The translations under genes were made by a program, and so were the position numbers. The notes beneath the pieces are model-generated. The model saw only the letters and a program-made list of their open reading frames with translations, searched no databases and had not been told where the DNA came from. A DNA stretch of 64,000 bases from a virus (Duplodnaviria > Caudoviricetes): positions 32,001 through 96,000 of IMG/VR virus record IMGVR_UViG_3300026522_000024; one strand, 5' to 3'. This document shows, one piece after another, positions 1 to 8,649 of the stretch. Numbering within the stretch: the stretch's first letter is position 1; every line of letters begins with the position of its first letter.

Positions 1-2
1 GA

Positions 3-1904
3 ACTATAAGAGGGCTGAAGGGCGATGAAGTAGTCCATAAAATACCTAAAAAGAATACTAAGGTGTCCTTAGAGGTAATAGACGATGACGGCGTGAAGTA
101 TCTCATCACTAGGTATCGTAAGCACTCTACCAACAAAAATAAGTCAACTTTATTCAGGAATAAAATAGACATTACTCCTAAGTCTGAAGCTGACTTTAAT
201 GAATATGTTGTTCAGTTACTACAGGCTGATTATACTACATTTACTTCCAGCCTTTTGTATTCTGCTGAATCATTTAGGTTTACTATGGCTACTGATGCTG
301 AGATAAAGAAAACCTTTGATAATATGCTCAGTTTGGATACACTGACTAAGTGCTTAGAAATCACTAAGGAACGTATTAAGACAACTAATTGGAGTATACA
401 AAAGGTCAACGAATCCATTGGTTCATATAACAGCCAAATTACCAATATTGATTCTAGGATAGAAGAAGCAAAAGAATTGAGAATACAGTATGAGACTAAA
501 AGAAAAGAGAAAGAGAACACATATAAATCACAGATAAGTGAGTTAGAGTCAGAAATAACAGAGTTGAATGAAGAATCCAAGGAATTGTCTGTACTAGAGC
601 AGAGTTTACAGAAAAAATTGGATAAACACGAAAAGTCATTGGCTAGCCACAAGAAAAAATCAAAACAGCTTGTAGAATTAAAGCAGGAACTGTCTCTCAT
701 TTTACAGGATAAAAGAACAGTAGAAACACAGATTAAGTCAAGTGAGACCACTATAAAGGATAATATGAAACGTAAAGAACGTCTGGAGGAATCTGTAAAG
801 AAACAAGAGAGCAAGAAGTCAGTATTGCTAAACAAAATGGCAGAGTTAGACAACCAGATTGGTCAGCCTTGTCCTACTTGTGGTCAACCTCTTACTAAGG
901 AGAGTTTAGAGCCAGCCAAGGAAGAATATAAGGAACGTATCAAGGAACACGACGATAATATTGCTGAATTCGTAGCTTCTATACAGTCACTGTCTGATTC
1001 TACAGATAATCTTAATAAGTCTATTGAGTCTCACAAAAAGCAGCTGTCTGAATTGGAAGAATCTGAATCAGAGTTTTTGTCTTTATTAGACAAATTCAAG
1101 GGTATAGAATCAAAGTTGGAAGAATCCGAAAAGTTGGTTAAATCCGTACAATCAAAGCTGAATAAGTGTCAGTCAGACATAAAACTGGTAAATAACGATA
1201 TCAGTAACAAGAAAGATATGATTGTTAAGATACAACAGGATATAAAGGCTAATACTAAGGACAAAAATCCATATGATGCCACTATTAAGTCATTAGAGGA
1301 TGATAAGATAGAAGTGAAGCAACACATTGAAGAATGTAATAAGGAATTGATAAAGCACAATGAATCTATAGAGAAGTTGATGTTTTGGCAGCAGGCATAT
1401 TCCAATCAAGGTATTAAGTCTTTCATCTTAGATGATATTACCCCATTCCTGAATAGACGTGTAAATAAATACTTGTCTAAGCTATCTTCTGGAAGAATTG
1501 AAGTGGTATTTTCTACCAGAACAAAACTGAAGTCAGGAGAGGAAAGGGAAAAATTCTCCATAGATGTGTATAACTCTGATGGTGGAGAGCAATATATTGC
1601 TAATTCTGGTGGGGAGAAGAAACGTATTGATTTGGCTATAAACATGGCTTTACAAGACTTAGTAGCTTCCAGGAGTTCAAAGAAAATCAATATAGCAGTG
1701 TTTGATGAAGCATTTGACGCATTGGATGAATCTGGTGTAGAAGGAGTCATTGAGTTATTACAGGAGTTATCTAAAGATAAATCTACTATAATGGTGGTAT
1801 CACACAATGAACACCTGAAAAGCTATTTTACTAACACTATTACTGTAGTAAAACAAGATGGATATAGTAGCATATTAAATAATGACGAACAACTATCTAT
1901 GTAA
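3..1904 (+). CDS. SbcC/Rad50-like (gp46-like) recombination ATPase, 5'-truncated by window edge
   Basis: Frame open from position 3; long coiled coils, Zn-hook CPTCGQ, signature NSGGEKKR, Walker B IAVFDEAFDALD, H-loop VVSHN. Confidence 0.92.
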   Translation, partial: TIRGLKGDEVVHKIPKKNTKVSLEVIDDDGVKYLITRYRKHSTNKNKSTLFRNKIDITPKSEADFNEYVVQLLQADYTTFTSSLLYSAESFRFTMATDAEIKKTFDNMLSLDTLTKCLEITKERIKTTNWSIQKVNESIGSYNSQITNIDSRIEEAKELRIQYETKRKEKENTYKSQISELESEITELNEESKELSVLEQSLQKKLDKHEKSLASHKKKSKQLVELKQELSLILQDKRTVETQIKSSETTIKDNMKRKERLEESVKKQESKKSVLLNKMAELDNQIGQPCPTCGQPLTKESLEPAKEEYKERIKEHDDNIAEFVASIQSLSDSTDNLNKSIESHKKQLSELEESESEFLSLLDKFKGIESKLEESEKLVKSVQSKLNKCQSDIKLVNNDISNKKDMIVKIQQDIKANTKDKNPYDATIKSLEDDKIEVKQHIEECNKELIKHNESIEKLMFWQQAYSNQGIKSFILDDITPFLNRRVNKYLSKLSSGRIEVVFSTRTKLKSGEEREKFSIDVYNSDGGEQYIANSGGEKKRIDLAINMALQDLVASRSSKKINIAVFDEAFDALDESGVEGVIELLQELSKDKSTIMVVSHNEHLKSYFTNTITVVKQDGYSSILNNDEQLSM

Positions 1905-1958
1905 GATTTTTCTTCATCCTTACTTTATTATGTAAGGAGTATTCCGATATTCCTTTTT

Positions 1959-2110
1959 GTAGGGCATAGGCAGTGGAATCTTAGCTGTTAGCCGTTGTTG
2001 CCGTTTCCTAGATTCTTTGACGTTCCTAAAAATATTTTTGGAGCACACTATAAGAAACTTGGTTGGCGTTGTTGGGCGTATAAAGCATGATATGGCTGCT
2101 TATGTCTTAC
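1959..2110 (+). ncRNA. Candidate structured ncRNA upstream of tRNA-Thr
   Basis: 16-bp closing stem GTAGGGCATAGGCAGT / GCTGCTTATGTCTTAC with G-U pairs, internal hairpins, no ORF. Confidence 0.5.
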
Positions 2111-2114
2111 TTAT

Positions 2115-2190
2115 GCACTCATAGTTCAATTGGTAGAACAACTGACTTGTAATCAGTAGGTTAGGGGTTCAAGTCCCTTTGGGTGCTCCA
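2115..2190 (+). tRNA. tRNA-Thr(UGU)
   Basis: Cloverleaf; anticodon arm ACTGA-CT-TGT-AA-TCAGT; GTTCAA T-loop; encoded CCA. Confidence 0.95.
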
Positions 2191-2338
2191 ATAGTGTATC
2201 ACACCCTGGCAGACAAAACACCAAAGGATAAGGAATCTGCTGTTATCGACCACAGCCTTGGAGATTATTCCTGAAGGACACAGTAAATGCCATCATTGGG
2301 GTGCCATGAGTCATAAAGCTGGGAAAGACTCATATTCA

Positions 2339-2415
2339 GCTCCTCTAGCTCAGTTGGTTAGAGCCCCCGCCTCATAAGCGGTAAGTCCTCAGTTCAAGTC
2401 TGAGGGGGAGCACCA
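2339..2415 (+). tRNA. tRNA-Met/Ile2(CAU)
   Basis: GCTCCTC acceptor; CCGC-CT-CAT-AA-GCGG anticodon arm; CCA end; lacks the initiator 3 G-C pairs. Confidence 0.92.
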
Positions 2416-2416
2416 C

Positions 2417-2493
2417 AGGGGTATAGCCAAGTTGGTTAAGGCATGGGACTTTGACTCCCAGATTCGATGGTTCGAGCCCATCTACCTCTGCCA
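2417..2493 (+). tRNA. tRNA-Gln(UUG)
   Basis: TGGGA-CT-TTG-AC-TCCCA anticodon arm; GTTCGAG T-loop; CCA end. Confidence 0.95.
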
Positions 2494-2526
2494 ATAGAGT
2501 TCAAATTGTTGAAATAAGTGCCGTGT

Positions 2527-2710
2527 ATACTGACTGTAATCAGGAGCTACAGAAATGAGGCTTGGCAGACCTTAGTGCTGGTGGAAATAAGACGCATATA
2601 TAACTTGGGAAACCCAGGCTACACTTAGAAATGAGTAAAAGCTAGATGCGCAGGAAGGTTCACTATAATAGACCACCAAACCTGACTACTGTTACAGCGG
2701 TAGTCAGTAT
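2527..2710 (+). ncRNA. Candidate multi-stem ncRNA between tRNA-Gln and tRNA-Pro
   Basis: Closing stem ATACTGACTGT/GTAGTCAGTAT; nested TCAGG/CCTGA, TGGTGG/CCACCA, CGCAT/ATGCG; three GAAA tetraloop hairpins. Confidence 0.6.
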
Positions 2711-2713
2711 TAT

Positions 2714-2790
2714 CCAGATGTAGCTCAGTTTGGTAGAGCGCCTGCTTTGGGAGCAGGATGTCGCATGTTCAAATCGTGTCATCTGGACCA
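2714..2790 (+). tRNA. tRNA-Pro(UGG)
   Basis: CCTGC-TT-TGG-GA-GCAGG anticodon arm; CCA end. Confidence 0.95.
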
Positions 2791-2799
2791 TATTTATGT

Positions 2800-3194
2800 G
2801 GGGACGTAATGGTATCGACAGAGTATTGAAGTCATGAAATTCGCAGGTCATGAGTACAGACCTTAATTGGCTCAATAAATTGAACTGACGAATATGATGT
2901 TCGCATCGCTGCTTAATCTGTTTTTATAACAGGTTATTTAGCCCTTACTGTATCACTAGCTGTGAGCAGGGCAGTAAGTTTCAAATAAACACAGCAAACA
3001 TCAGGGTTGCCCATTCCGATGTAAACAAAATGGGGTTGTTTCCTGCTTTATCTTAAAAGCAGGTGGTGGAGGTGTGGACCATTGCACTTGTTCGCTGGTT
3101 GCACCCTAGAGTTGCCCTCTATAAAGGCTATTGCGATAATGTTTCATGAGTGAATGTATTTTGGACAGGGGTTCGATTCCCCTCGTCTCCACCA
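2800..3194 (+). ncRNA. ssrA: tmRNA; tag approx. (A)DEYDVRIAA*
   Basis: 5' GGGGACGTAATGGTATCGACA and 3' GGGGTTCGATTCCCCTCGTCTCCACCA form a tRNA-Ala-like domain with G3-U wobble; short tag frame 2887-2916 ending Ala-Ala-stop. Confidence 0.93.
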
Positions 3195-3241
3195 AAGCCA
3201 TCAATCCCAATGGGATAAAATAATATATAGGAGGAATTAAC

Positions 3242-3820
3242 ATGAGTAAACTTGGTGGTTGGATTATTGAACCTTCTTCAACGAAGATGCCTCAAAAAGT
3301 AGCTAGTTCCTTTGACAAGGTGGAAAAGGTTTTTGGCTGTACTTACAAGGCTATTTCTTATGTTGGTAAGCAAGAAGTAAATGGAATCAATTATGCCGTT
3401 TTGGCTGAGCAGACCGTCATCACTGGTGAAGACACGAAGAATGCTGTTATCATGATTTTCAATGAGAAGCCAGAGAGCAGTGATTTGGCTTGGGTCGGAA
3501 CCATTCCTGTTGTGGAAGGTGGCGGAAAGTTTGGTGGCACAGACGTTGAGATGATGAGTGCTGATTGTGTTGGCAATCCTGAGAAGGATGTGTTCAATAA
3601 AGCCATCGAAGGGTTTGTTGGTTCCAACATTGAGCTTGTAGCTACAGTTGGTACTAAGGTGACCAAAGGCATTGAGCACAAGTTCATTGTTACTATTGCT
3701 CCAGTGGTACCAGGGGCAGAGAAAAAGCTGGCTGTTATGTCTTACAATGACATGACTAAAGAAATGAATTTTGAGCCACTTTTGGCAGCTGCTAAGCTGG
3801 GATATTCTTTCACTTGGTAA
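3242..3820 (+). CDS. Tandem cystatin-like domain protein
   Basis: N-terminal LGGW; KQEVNGINY and TKVTKGIEH resemble cystatin QxVxG; two internal repeats. Confidence 0.5.
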   Translation: MSKLGGWIIEPSSTKMPQKVASSFDKVEKVFGCTYKAISYVGKQEVNGINYAVLAEQTVITGEDTKNAVIMIFNEKPESSDLAWVGTIPVVEGGGKFGGTDVEMMSADCVGNPEKDVFNKAIEGFVGSNIELVATVGTKVTKGIEHKFIVTIAPVVPGAEKKLAVMSYNDMTKEMNFEPLLAAAKLGYSFTW

Positions 3821-3823
3821 GGG

Positions 3824-4033
3824 GTGAGAAATATGTCTTCAATTCCACAGTATAACATCATTGACCCTAGTAAAGATGACTTGGGCGTGATTAAGGCAAA
3901 GATTGAGGCTATCTCAAAGCAAGTTGACGCAGGGGAAGTCAGCAAAGAGGATTTTGATAAGGAATTAGAAAAGCTGAGTAACAGTCAGAAAGACTCACTG
4001 GAACATGCCTTTGGTAAACCTATGGGAGAGTGA
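3824..4033 (+). CDS. Hypothetical protein
   Basis: ORF directly downstream of the previous gene. Confidence 0.6.
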   Translation: MRNMSSIPQYNIIDPSKDDLGVIKAKIEAISKQVDAGEVSKEDFDKELEKLSNSQKDSLEHAFGKPMGE

Positions 4034-4047
4034 CCATAATCAAATAG

Positions 4048-4135
4048 GGAGCAGTGTCCGAGTGGTTTAAGGTGGCAGTCTTGAAAACTGTTGTGCTTTA
4101 CAGCACCGTGGGTTCAAATCCTACCTGCTCCGCCA
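4048..4135 (+). tRNA. tRNA-Ser(UGA)
   Basis: GGAGCAG/CTGCTCC acceptor; GCAGT-CT-TGA-AA-ACTGT anticodon arm; long variable arm; CCA end. Confidence 0.95.
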
Positions 4136-4146
4136 TAGGACAATAC

Positions 4147-4175
4147 AAGGCTGGGATGTGTTCCCAGCCTTTTTT
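4147..4175 (+). terminator. Rho-independent terminator after the tRNA island
   Basis: AAGGCTGGGA-TGTGT-TCCCAGCCTT followed by a T-run. Confidence 0.85.
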
Positions 4176-4177
4176 AT

Positions 4178-4726
4178 TTGATTGAGGTGAAAGAAGTGTA
4201 TAAATCAATGATGGCTGGATTCCTTATTGCCTTAGGAGGTTATGTTAACCTGAAAGTTGGTGGAGTATTAGGTGCTTTTTTATTTTCTCTTGGTCTTTTA
4301 TCAGTTATAGCCTTCAAAACTCCATTGTATACAGGTATAGTATCAAACCTTGAAAGCTATAATTATCCACGTAATATGTGTAAAGTATTAGTATACAACT
4401 GTATAGGTGCTGCTATGTTAGGTCTACTGTTTTATGGTGGTAGCAGCGATTCAGCTATCAATGTTTTGGCTAAATTGGACAAAAATTTGTTTTCTATTAT
4501 GCTAGATTCATTTATTTGTGGGTCATGTGTATCTATAGCAGTTAAATCTCAGAGTAAACTTATGACTATAATGGCTGTAGCTGTGTTTATCCTAGCTGGA
4601 GGTGAACACTGTGTGGCTGATGTGTTTTATTTTATGTCTGTAGGCACGTTACCAATCACATTTATCCTAACAGTTGTAGTAGGAAATACTCTTGGTGGTA
4701 TTGTATTCAGTAACATAACCAAGTAG
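4178..4726 (+). CDS. Formate/nitrite transporter (FNT) family channel, short form
   Basis: Hydrophobic; LYTG motif, FILAGGEHCVADVFY (FNT EH-x-[VI]-A-[DN]) and GNTLGG. Confidence 0.8.
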   Translation: MIEVKEVYKSMMAGFLIALGGYVNLKVGGVLGAFLFSLGLLSVIAFKTPLYTGIVSNLESYNYPRNMCKVLVYNCIGAAMLGLLFYGGSSDSAINVLAKLDKNLFSIMLDSFICGSCVSIAVKSQSKLMTIMAVAVFILAGGEHCVADVFYFMSVGTLPITFILTVVVGNTLGGIVFSNITK

Positions 4727-4773
4727 AGAGTGACTTGGTTAGTTCTTATTTCATTAAGGAAGGAGGGATTAGT

Positions 4774-5028
4774 ATGAAATCAATACCAGTTTATATGGTA
4801 ACTATGGGTAATACAGATGGCTCTATAACTGCTGGAGACCACATTTTTTATGGTGAAGATGGAAGTCTAAATTTGGTAGAATCCAAAAGCTGGTTTGAGC
4901 AAGATGAGTTTACCAAGGAAATAACAGACTTCTCTTGTATACCAGTGGATGACATAACAGTTTTGAAACATCTGGGTAGGTATCTCATACTGTCCTATTC
5001 TGTAAGGAGTGAAGTAAGAGTTGGTTGA
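4774..5028 (+). CDS. Hypothetical protein
   Basis: RBS AGGAGG before ATG 4774. Confidence 0.6.
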   Translation: MKSIPVYMVTMGNTDGSITAGDHIFYGEDGSLNLVESKSWFEQDEFTKEITDFSCIPVDDITVLKHLGRYLILSYSVRSEVRVG

Positions 5029-6016
5029 AGACTGGGTTGCCGAGAATATTGATTCAGAGATAAAACATACTGGTAGTGGTAAGGAGATTCATGTTAATTG
5101 CCCAGTGTGTGGTGATTCTAGGTATAGACTATACATTAACTTAGATAAAGGCTTGGTTCACTGCCATAATTGCAAATTTAGTGGAAGTATAGTACACTTA
5201 ATACAATGGGTAGAGGGCACAAGTTATACTAAGGCAATGATGAAGTTTTCTACTATAAAGGGAAACTTGTCTATGCCTGATAAGATTGATGAGTCCATAG
5301 AGCATCAGCTATTTTTGTCTGGAGATTTACGTAAGGGATTGACTAAAAGAGCAATTCCACTTCCAGATGAATACAGAAAGATTAGTGGCTCAAATAATCT
5401 TGTAGCAATAAGAGCCAGGAAGTACCTAAAAAAACGTATGATAACCAGTAGTATGATAAAACAACATGACATAGGGTTTTGTGCTTCTGGGGAGTACGCT
5501 AACAGGATAATTCTACCCATTAAGGAAGAAGGAGAACTCAGATTTTGGGTAGCTAGAGCCATTGGTAACAATGCTAGGCTAAAGGAAAAGTCACCATCCA
5601 ATGAGGAATACCAGATAAGTAAATCAGAGGTAATTTTCAACATTGATAGAGCAGCCAGCCAGTATCATGCTGCTGTTATATCCGAAGGTATTTTTGATGC
5701 TTTGGCTTGGGGTGGAATAGGGGTATCCTTATTAGGTAAGGAACTATATGATGAACAGATGAACATATTATTGGACTACAGGGAATTACTTAGTGATGGA
5801 CTATACATAGCGATTGATTGGGATGCACGTCAGCAAGCTACAGAAATGGCTGAGAGGTTGTCTAGTTATTTTGACGTAAAAATAGTCAATATCCCAAAGA
5901 AATATGATGACCCAAATAAGTTTAGACAGACCCACAAGTACAAGGATATGCTTAAACTGTTAGAAGAAGCAGAGCCATATGGGGAATTTTCTTCAGTAAG
6001 AAGGAGATTTACATAG
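5021..6016 (+). CDS. DNA primase (Zn finger + TOPRIM)
   Basis: CPVCGD...HCHNC Zn finger; RIILP; SEGIFDAL; DWD; DDPN. Confidence 0.9.
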   Translation: MVEDWVAENIDSEIKHTGSGKEIHVNCPVCGDSRYRLYINLDKGLVHCHNCKFSGSIVHLIQWVEGTSYTKAMMKFSTIKGNLSMPDKIDESIEHQLFLSGDLRKGLTKRAIPLPDEYRKISGSNNLVAIRARKYLKKRMITSSMIKQHDIGFCASGEYANRIILPIKEEGELRFWVARAIGNNARLKEKSPSNEEYQISKSEVIFNIDRAASQYHAAVISEGIFDALAWGGIGVSLLGKELYDEQMNILLDYRELLSDGLYIAIDWDARQQATEMAERLSSYFDVKIVNIPKKYDDPNKFRQTHKYKDMLKLLEEAEPYGEFSSVRRRFT

Positions 6017-6079
6017 AAGTAGGACTAATTTATGTTTGTCCTTTATTTATCTCATAGTGTTTAGATTGGAGGAAGGTAC

Positions 6080-6541
6080 ATGTTAAAAATCAGGATTAAG
6101 TATTTACATGATGACTTGGACAGAATTCAGAAGATTTCTGTTGGTGACTGGATTGACCTTAGATGTGCTGAAGAAGTAACTTTGTCTAAGGGAGAACACG
6201 CTTATATTCCTTTGGGAGTATGTATGGAGATACCAGAGGGATATGAGGCTTGGCTTACAAGCCGTTCAAGCACGGCGAAAAAATTTGGTATTTTCCATGT
6301 AGATGATTTGGGAATAATAGATAATTCATATTGTGGTGACAATGATGAATGGAAACTTCCAGTGGTTGCGTTGAGAGATACTGTTCTTCACAAGAATGAC
6401 CGCATTTGCCAGTTTAGGCTGCATAAGGTTATGCCAGAAGTACAAATTGAAGAAGTAGAGGTGCTTGGTAATCCAGACAGAGGTGGGTTAGGTAGCACAG
6501 GTACTAATGATACTGTCAGGAGGGAAAATTTCCATGGGTAA
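6080..6541 (+). CDS. dut: dUTPase (trimeric)
   Basis: [22 protein letters not shown] and C-terminal RGGLGSTG motifs. Confidence 0.95.
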   Translation: MLKIRIKYLHDDLDRIQKISVGDWIDLRCAEEVTLSKGEHAYIPLGVCMEIPEGYEAWLTSRSSTAKKFGIFHVDDLGIIDNSYCGDNDEWKLPVVALRDTVLHKNDRICQFRLHKVMPEVQIEEVEVLGNPDRGGLGSTGTNDTVRRENFHG

Positions 6542-6917
6542 ACAAACAAAGAAGATTGAGGAACATATACAACAAGGTAATGATGCTTTGGATGCATCAA
6601 TTAAGGCTGCTCACCTTAGCAAAAAGGATGAAGCCTATTTGCGTGGTACACCAAGCCGTGCTGAGGTTGCTAACTATGTTACCTCCATTATAGAGCAACA
6701 TTATGCTCCTACTCTTCAGGCAGGTTTTCAGTTGGGTATAATGGTGATGCAGGCTATTCTTATTAAGAAGGGCATTTGCACTGGCGAAGAAATACAGGAG
6801 TTTACTAAGAGTTTTGTGGAAGAGCAAAAAGCTAGAGCCAAGGAGGCACAACAAGGTCAGACCGAACAGACCAATGACAAGCCACAAGAACCAGTAGACG
6901 AATCTAAAGTTGAATAA
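6534..6917 (+). CDS. Hypothetical protein
   Basis: RBS AGGAGG; overlaps the dut stop. Confidence 0.7.
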   Translation: MGKQTKKIEEHIQQGNDALDASIKAAHLSKKDEAYLRGTPSRAEVANYVTSIIEQHYAPTLQAGFQLGIMVMQAILIKKGICTGEEIQEFTKSFVEEQKARAKEAQQGQTEQTNDKPQEPVDESKVE

Positions 6918-6943
6918 CACGTAAGCCCCATCCATTTAAGTGG

Positions 6944-7513
6944 TTGGGGCATTTGCTGTGGATAGGAGGGATTATCTTGGGTGTGAAAAATGTGAAAGAA
7001 AAAGGAAACAATTTTGAGCGTAAAGTTGCTAAGCTGTTATCTGAGTGGTCAGGCGTAAAATTTATGCGTACTCCTTCCTCTGGAGCCATACATAATTTTA
7101 AGGATAAAAGAGTTGTGTCAGATATTGTACCTCCACTGTCTCTTGGAGAGTTTCCATTCTCTATTGAATGTAAGTGTGTAGAGTGCTCATGGGAGTTTTC
7201 TGCTATAATTGAGAACACTTCACAGAATTTGAGAGACCATTGGAGTCAGGCAGTAGATGATGCTAGCAGAGAAAATCTGAGACCTATGCTCATTTTTTCT
7301 AAAAACTTTAGAGACATTTTTATAGCCATTAGAAAATGGGACTACGACATAATGCCCTTGAATATTATCAATTGTATCTTTTCTTATTCTGAAGACAGAG
7401 ATACCTTGGTGATTTTTAAGATGAAGGATTTATTTGATGGAATCAGTTGTGAAAATCTTATGGGTTCATTCTCTGTAAAAAATACAGACAAGGGTATAGT
7501 GGAAAAAAATTAA
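6944..7513 (+). CDS. Holliday junction resolvase (PD-(D/E)XK, Hjc-like); true start probably slightly downstream
   Basis: KGNNFERKVAKLLS, RTPSSGA, SDIV...SIECK, WSQA motifs. Confidence 0.85.
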   Translation: MGHLLWIGGIILGVKNVKEKGNNFERKVAKLLSEWSGVKFMRTPSSGAIHNFKDKRVVSDIVPPLSLGEFPFSIECKCVECSWEFSAIIENTSQNLRDHWSQAVDDASRENLRPMLIFSKNFRDIFIAIRKWDYDIMPLNIINCIFSYSEDRDTLVIFKMKDLFDGISCENLMGSFSVKNTDKGIVEKN

Positions 7514-7532
7514 AAATTTTTATAAAAACCGC

Positions 7533-7561
7533 TTTACTTTTAGAATGAGATAAGTTATAAT
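7533..7561 (+). promoter_or_regulatory. Host sigmaA-type (early) promoter
   Basis: TTTACT-17 bp-TATAAT with an AT-rich UP element; near-identical motifs at 51168 and 57021. Confidence 0.75.
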
Positions 7562-7567
7562 TAGCGT

Positions 7568-7775
7568 AGGCCGAAAGATTCTACAAGAATCTTGAGATAA
7601 AGTACAAATAGTAGGTTCGAGACCTATCAGTAGCTCCATTGTAAATAATAAGGTTAGTACGTTCGTGAGAGCGTTACGTGCCATGATGAATCCGTAGCTG
7701 AGTACAGAGTTGTAGTGCGGATAGGTAAAAGCCTTCTGGCTCTGAGAAGCAATCATGACCTTATTATCTTATCTA
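7568..7775 (+). ncRNA. Long structured leader / candidate ncRNA
   Basis: Nested helices ATAATAAGGT/ACCTTATTAT, CATGAT/ATCATG, ATCCG/CGGAT; GNRA hairpin CGTTC-GTGA-GAGCG; 5' hairpins. Confidence 0.55.
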
Positions 7776-7833
7776 AAATATAGTGTGTGCTAAGCTATCG
7801 TAAATCTGTCTGAGTGAAAAGGAGAGGACAAAA

Positions 7834-8601
7834 ATGAAAAAGACCTATGAAATGAACGGAAAGACTTATGCAACCCTGAGTGCTATTGCGAAGGAACTGG
7901 GAATTGCCCGCATTCGTTCCAATCAGCTGGACAAGTATGGCATCAAGAAAGTTACCTCTGATGACGTGAAGAAGGCTGACGACACTGTAGTTACCAATGA
8001 AGTTCCTGCTACTGTTGACGTTGCTGCAGACAAGGCAGACGACAAGGCAGACGACAAGGCAGACGACAAGGCAGACGACAAGGCAGACAAGAAGGTTGAT
8101 GCTCCTGCTACTACTGTTGACACCGCTACGGACAAGGCAGACGAAGCAGACAAGAAGGTTGATGCTCCTGCTAAGAAGGCTAAGACCACCAAGAAGGTTG
8201 TTAAGACTGGGACTGCTGAGGACATTGCTGAAGTCGAGAAAAACGTAGTTGACATGAACGCACGTGAGCTGGGCAAGGCAGTTACTAACTTTACGGTGGA
8301 TGCATTGGTAACCATGGTGAAGAATGTTGATGGCAACACCTGGGATTCCATCAAGAATGCTCCTATTCGTAAGATGCGTCTCATCATGGAACTCAAGAAG
8401 CAGTATTTCCCTGATGAAGTACGTCAGGCTGCTCCTGCTAAGGTGTCTCCTTGGAAGGCAATTACTACTGAGGTTTTGAAGAAGGCAGCTAAGAAGCAGA
8501 AGATTAGCTGGGCTGAGTGCGACAATGATAGCATTAACCGCATGCGTATTATCATGGCTCTGAAGAAGAAGGGAGTGCAGGCAGAGGATTTGAATAAGTA
8601 A
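7834..8601 (+). CDS. Lys/Ala-rich putative DNA-binding protein with DKAD repeats and two HeH-like C-terminal modules
   Basis: Strong RBS, strongly biased codons; IRKMRLIMELKK and INRMRIIMALKK modules. Confidence 0.75.
   Translation: MKKTYEMNGKTYATLSAIAKELGIARIRSNQLDKYGIKKVTSDDVKKADDTVVTNEVPATVDVAADKADDKADDKADDKADDKADKKVDAPATTVDTATDKADEADKKVDAPAKKAKTTKKVVKTGTAEDIAEVEKNVVDMNARELGKAVTNFTVDALVTMVKNVDGNTWDSIKNAPIRKMRLIMELKKQYFPDEVRQAAPAKVSPWKAITTEVLKKAAKKQKISWAECDNDSINRMRIIMALKKKGVQAEDLNK
8029..8088 (+). repeat. Tandem repeat (GACAAGGCAGAC)x5
   Basis: Five exact 12-bp units encoding DKAD. Confidence 0.95.
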
Positions 8602-8649
8602 ACAAAACATGGAAAGTAGTGGGGCAGCTATAGTTGCTGCCCCTGTGAG

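Noticed and set aside
2494-2710. RNase P RNA or SRP RNA (ACAGAAA, GGGAAACCC, CAGGAAGG words)
   Set aside because: Lacks the universal GAGGAAAGUCC/P4 elements and the SRP helix-8 consensus
4048-4135. Suppressor tRNA / stop-codon recoding
   Set aside because: Anticodon UGA reads the UCA serine codon; genes end normally at TAA, TAG and TGA under code 11
8029-8173. Possible CRISPR-like repeat array
   Set aside because: Contiguous in-frame coding repeats with no spacers; no CRISPR array seen anywhere in the window
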